DNA from: Alphaproteobacteria bacterium
GTDB taxonomy: Bacteria; Pseudomonadota; Alphaproteobacteria; UBA828
Direction: 5' to 3'
Assembly (NCBI GenBank): GCA_965237415.1
Contig: CBDEFM010000002.1
Coordinates: 864,001-928,000, forward strand
Length of the DNA: 64,000 nt
Shown: positions 59,506-64,000 of the stretch, piece after piece
How positions within the stretch are numbered: position 1 is the first letter of the stretch
Layout: the number at the start of each line of letters is the position of its first letter
Translations under genes and position numbers: made by a program
The notes under the pieces: generated by a model
The model's database searches: none
What the model was told of the DNA's origin: nothing
Seen by the model: only the letters and a program-made list of their open reading frames with translations

Positions 59506-59850
59506 GACCTCATGGCCCAGCTCGCGCAGCCGCCGCGCCCAGTGCTGCGAGCCACCGCACGCCTCCATCGCGACCAGGCATGGCGCAAGGTTGGCGAAGT
59601 GCTCCAGGAACTTCGCCCGCGTCAGCCGCAAGTCCACGATCTCGCCCGTCTCCATGTCGACCCAGTGCAACTGGAACACCCGCTTCGCCGTATCCACGCC
59701 GACGACCGTTCTGTTAGTCTTCATCTCGGACCCTCCGGTTTGCCTGTGAAGAGCTCGCTCTTCACCACTTGGCACTTTGATGCCGTCGGCCCGCGAGGGT
59801 CCACCTCAACCCTCCCGTCGGCCAACATCAGGGGTGGGAGGCGTCCATTC
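59503..59850 (-). mobile_element. IS110/IS1111-type fragment: upstream non-coding end plus truncated recombinase
   Basis: VGVDTAKRVFQLH...VAMEACGGSQHWAR (ATG 59724); ~125-nt structured leader. Confidence 0.85.
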
Positions 59851-59913
59851 CATTTCCTCCGTCAGACGGTGGAATACACCTTAGCGACCTGTCCGATTTT
59901 CCGGAGCCACCGC
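59851..59913 (-). mobile_element. IS3-like left-end remnant
   Basis: Reverse strand GCGGTGGCTCCGGAAAATCGGACAG resembles the IS3 end at 2846-2872, followed by GGAGGA-AATG. Confidence 0.55.
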
Positions 59914-59914
59914 G

Positions 59915-61436
59915 ATGAGCCGGACGACGTTGCTACAGGAACGCAGGATGCAGACGTTTCAGAATGTGCTGGGGCACTGGCAGGCACGACGCCTGTCTGC
60001 GCTGGAGGCGGCGGAGATGCTGGGGATGAACGAGCGGAGCTTCCGCCGCTACCGGCGCCGCTACGAGGACGATGGCCTGGACGGATTGTTCGACCGAAGG
60101 CTCGACAAGGCGTCCGCGCGCCGCGTGCCGGCCGACCGGATCGAATGGGTGCTCGAGCAGTACCGAACCCGCCATACGGGCTGGACGGTCAAGCACTTCC
60201 ACGACCATCTCTGCGCCCACCATGGCTTCGCCTGGAGCTACACCTGGACCAAGACCACCTTGCAGCGCGCAGGCTTGGTGTCCAAGGCACCCAGGCGCGG
60301 CGCCCACCGTCGCCGGCGCCCGCGCAAGCCCTGCGTCGGCATGATGGTCCACCAGGACGGCTCACGCCATGAGTGGCTGGCCGGCCAGGCGGCGTGCGAC
60401 CTGATCGTCACCATGGACGACGCCACCAGCGAGATCTATTCGGCCTTCCTGGTCGAGGAGGAAGGCACCGCGTCCACCTTCCGGGCGCTGAAGCAGGTGT
60501 TCTGCGACAAGGGGATGCCCAGCAGCCTCTACACCGACCGTGGCAGCCACTACTTCCACACCCCCGAGGCAGGCGGCAAGGTCGCCAAGGATCGACACAC
60601 CCAGGTCGGCCGCGCCCTCCATCAGCTCGGCATCGAGCACATCGCTGCCTATTCGCCCGAGGCCCGCGGCCGCTCCGAGCGCGCCTTCGGCACCCTCCAG
60701 GACCGCCTCGTCAAGGAACTGGCGCTGGCGGGGATCGCGACGGTCGAAGCCGCCGACCGCTTCATCGCAGACACCTACCTGCCCGACCACAATCGCCGCT
60801 TCGCCACCCCGCCCGAGCTCGACGACAGCGCCTTCGTGCCCCTCGAACACCCCGGCCAGATCGACGACATCCTCTGTCGCCGCACAGACCGCACGGTCGC
60901 CCGCGACAACACCGTGCGCTACGAAAGGCGCGTCCTCCAGATCCCCGCTACCCCGGCCAGACACCACTACGTCAAGGCCACGGTCCGGGTCCATGAGTAT
61001 CCGGACGGAACCCTCGCCCTCTTCCACGGGCCCCGATGCCTCGCCCGCTACACCGCCAACGGCGAGCCCATCGAAACCCCAACCCGGCAGGCCGCGTGAG
61101 ACGCTTCGACGCGACCGGCCGGCGCCCTGTGGACAAGTGGACAGCCGCTCCGCGCCTGACCACTTCCCCACAGGGCAAACCGCAACAACAGAAGCGGACA
61201 AATGATGTGCTACCAAAACCGGACAAATACACTCCTGCTTATCCATGAAGCTCAGCAAGGCTGCCGAGACGCAACGTATGAGCCATCGCGGTTTCCAGTC
61301 GCTGTGCCATATCCGAGTCCGCACCGTGCAACTCCCGCCTACGTCGTTGTGACCTCGTCGGACTTAAACACGAGCAGGAACAAGGCATCGGTGAGCGGAC
61401 TTTCATGGATAAGCAGGAATACACTTGCTAGCGACA
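59915..61436 (+). mobile_element. IS1202/IS481-like element, copy 2 (transposase 59915-61099), left end missing
   Basis: Near-identical to copy 1; right end ...TTGCTAGCGACA. Confidence 0.88.
61234..61417. mobile_element. 184-bp MITE (type B), copy 2
   Basis: Same TIR; 8-bp duplication AATACACT; nearly identical to 40448-40631. Confidence 0.9.
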
Positions 61437-61731
61437 CAACGGTATTGTCGACATCGAAGGAGGGTATTTTTTCGCCGAGATCGAATTTGTGGTCGACTTC
61501 GGGGAGGGAGAGCCCATCGAGTCCGCCGACCTAAACCTCGGGAATTTGCAGGGCAGCATCACCGGATTCGCGCAAGGCGACGAGCCGATTGGCGCGGACT
61601 GGAGAATCGATCTCGCGACCTGGATGGATGCCCTCACCAACCAACCTGTGCCGGTTCGTCTCATGTCCACTACCCCTTATATCCCCGGCGGGTTTACGCA
61701 TGGTACCTTTGGCAAGAAAGTCGTAGGGGGA

Positions 61732-63622
61732 TGCGGCGCGACGATCAAGATGAGACTCCGCATTGCCTCGCCTGATTTGCTCCTTTTGAGCGACTCGTTG
61801 CCTCATCTGAAATGCTCCCGAGGGGAATGGATCGGGGGCTTTGGGTATGAGGAGGGTGAGCATGGCGACACGGGATGAACTTGTGGCAGCGCTGTCACGG
61901 CGGTATGGCGAGAGCGGACGCGAGGAGAAGACGCGCATTCTGGATGAATTCGTGGCGGTGACGGGCTATCACCGGAAGCACGTGATGCGATTGCTGCGAG
62001 GCGGCTCGTCGTCGCGCCCAGCGGCAGCCTTGCGAGCTGGCCGGCGGCTTTACGACGATGCGGTGCGCGAGGCACTGGTTGTGTTGTGGGAAGCGTCGGA
62101 CCGCATTTGCGGGAAGCGCCTGAAGCCGCTGCTTCCCACTCTCGTCGAAGCCATGGAACGGCATGGTCATCTTGAGCTCGCCGACGATGTCCGATGCCGC
62201 TTGCTGACCATGAGTGCGGCGACGATCGACCGGTCACTTCGCAGCATACGAGAGCAGGCCGGCGGGCGGCGCCGAAGATCTTCGCTCGCATCGTCATCGG
62301 TGCGGCGGAGTATTCCGGTGCGCACCTATGCTGACTGGCAGGATCCGCCGCCAGGGTTCGCCGAGGCCGATCTGGTGGCTCACAGCGGCCCGGTGACGCG
62401 CGGGAGCTTTGTCCAGACGCTGGTACTCACCGATATCGCCACGGGATGGACGGAGTGCGCTCCCTTGCTGTTCCGCGAGCGCACGCTCGTGAGCGCGGTC
62501 TTGACGGCCGTCCGCAGGCTCCTGCCGTTCGACCTGCTCGGGTTCGACACCGACAATGACAGCGTGTTCATGAACGAAACGGTGCGGGACTATTGCCGCG
62601 ACGCCGGCATCGAGTTCACGCGTTGCCGCCCCTGGCGCAAGAACGATCAGGCCTTTGTCGAGCAGAAGAACGGCGCGATCGTTCGCCGCATCGTGGGCTA
62701 TCGCCGCCTGGAGGGCCCGGAGGCCGTGGCTGCACTGTCGCAGCTTTACGCCACAGTGAGATTGTTCGTGAATTTCTTCCAGCCCTCATTCAAGCTCGCC
62801 AGCAAGACGCGCGACGGCGCCCACGTGTGTAAACGCTACCATCCTCCGGCAACGCCCTTTCAACGCCTGCTCGCGGATCAGCGCACACCGCAAAGCGTTC
62901 GCGACGAAGTGAGCGCGCCGTTCGCGACCCTGGATCCGATCCGCCTGTTGAGGGATATGAGACGGGCGCAACAGCGTCTGGTCGATCTTGCCGACCGGCC
63001 CGTGGCGGTTCAATCGGCGCCGGCCGGTGTGCCGCCGATCGACGAGTTTCTCGCCGGGCTGCGAACGGCATGGAAGGATGGTGATGTGCGGCCGACGGCG
63101 CGGCCCGCTGCAAAGCCGAAACGGGGCCGCCGCAGGCCCGATCCCCTGGCTGACGTCACCGAGCAGTTGCGGGAATGGTTCGAAGCCGAGCCGTGGCGAA
63201 CGAGCCGTCAACTGCTCGAACAACTACAGGCAAAGCATCCCGACCGTTATCCCGACAATCTTCTGCGTACGCTGCAACGCCGCGTGCAGGTCTGGCGCCA
63301 GGAGCAAGCCCACGACCTGGTGTTTGGAGCGAGCCAATCCGACACCGTGGTACCGGCACCAGCCGACAAGGCCGATCTTGCCTTGGCCACCGCTGTGGAT
63401 AACCGGCTCGCCGCCGCCAGACTCATGGAGGTCGCTGCGGCAAGCCGGTTACCCACAGCTGCCGACGCTGCCAGAACTCCAGCACCACGCCTGGGGACAC
63501 AGCCGTGACAAGTGAAGCGAAGCCGTGACCTTGGGGAACATCGACGTGAGGCAAGCACCTCGAAGCTCGGGAACATCCAAGAATGAGGCAATACGGAGTC
63601 TCATCTTGATCGTCGCGCCGCA
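61732..63622 (+). mobile_element. ISNCY-type IS with rve transposase (ORF ~61847-63508)
   Basis: ~38-bp TIR TGCGGCGCGACGATCAAGATGAGACTCCG(C/T)ATTGCCTC; EADLVAHSG, DTDNDSVF, KNDQAFVEQKN. Confidence 0.88.
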
Positions 63623-63712
63623 ATACACCTTAAAAACAGCCGCCAGGCTGTCCGAATAGGCGAGGCCACCTTACAGGAGTGCTCCTGGCGCTGTTGCGGT
63701 CGCGGACGGACG

Positions 63713-63845
63713 CTAGTCATCTGGCACTGAAGTTGAGATCATTATAAATTAGCAGTGCTGCCACACTAAGTCGCTCTATTGTCGAAGAATTTAGTCGTTC
63801 AACATAGTTAGCTTTATGTGGCGAACTTCAGTGTCAGGTGACTAG
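63713..63845 (-). mobile_element. 133-bp MITE (type A), copy 2, inverted
   Basis: Reverse complement of 34329-34461 with a few substitutions; CTAG at both ends. Confidence 0.85.
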
Positions 63846-63847
63846 GA

Positions 63848-64000
63848 TCAGGCATGTATGGGAGGCAGTGTGTCGAACCAGGGCTGCGCCTTTTCCAGCT
63901 GCGCCGCCAGGCGGAACAAGAGCGCGTCGTTGCCGTGCTTGGCGATGAATTGCACGCCGCAGGGTAGACCGCCGTCCGCGCTCCAGTGGAGCGGCAGCGA
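63848..64000 (-). CDS. Amidase-signature family protein, C-terminal end (partial)
   Basis: SLPLHWSADGGLPCGVQF...DALLFRLAAQLEKAQPW. Confidence 0.8.
   Translation of the reverse strand, partial: SLPLHWSADGGLPCGVQFIAKHGNDALLFRLAAQLEKAQPWFDTLPPIHA

Overview
GC-rich alphaproteobacterial (Rhodospirillales-like) chromosome segment with four parts. (1) 1-8.1 kb: end of a genomic island anchored at tRNA-Thr(CGT), with a P4-like tyrosine integrase, intact and broken toxin-antitoxin modules, and an IS3 that split a DUF2513-like gene. (2) 8.2-32.9 kb: conserved core genes (hemC-hemD-COG4223-hemY, tsaD, gpsA, two tRNA-Leu, trxA, aroA-cmk-rpsA-sppA-ihfB-lapA-pyrF-trpF-trpB-trpA-accD-folC) plus a few inserted catabolic genes. 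(3) 32.9-42.6 kb and 57.5-63.9 kb: two nested IS graveyards (IS256, IS1202/IS481-like, IS1595, IS21, IS110, ISNCY) containing two different MITE families. (4) 42.8-57.5 kb: a cyclic-amide/hydantoin uptake and catabolism cluster. The most unusual signals are: a GroES-less GroEL paralog with Asn at the catalytic D398 position, next to Tat-exported binding proteins that share a conserved pre-Tat leader; a 133-bp CTAG-inserting MITE carrying a dif-like site, present as two inverted copies bracketing the accessory region; and a pyrF with degenerate catalytic and substrate-binding motifs. All family assignments come from motif recognition by eye, not database searches.
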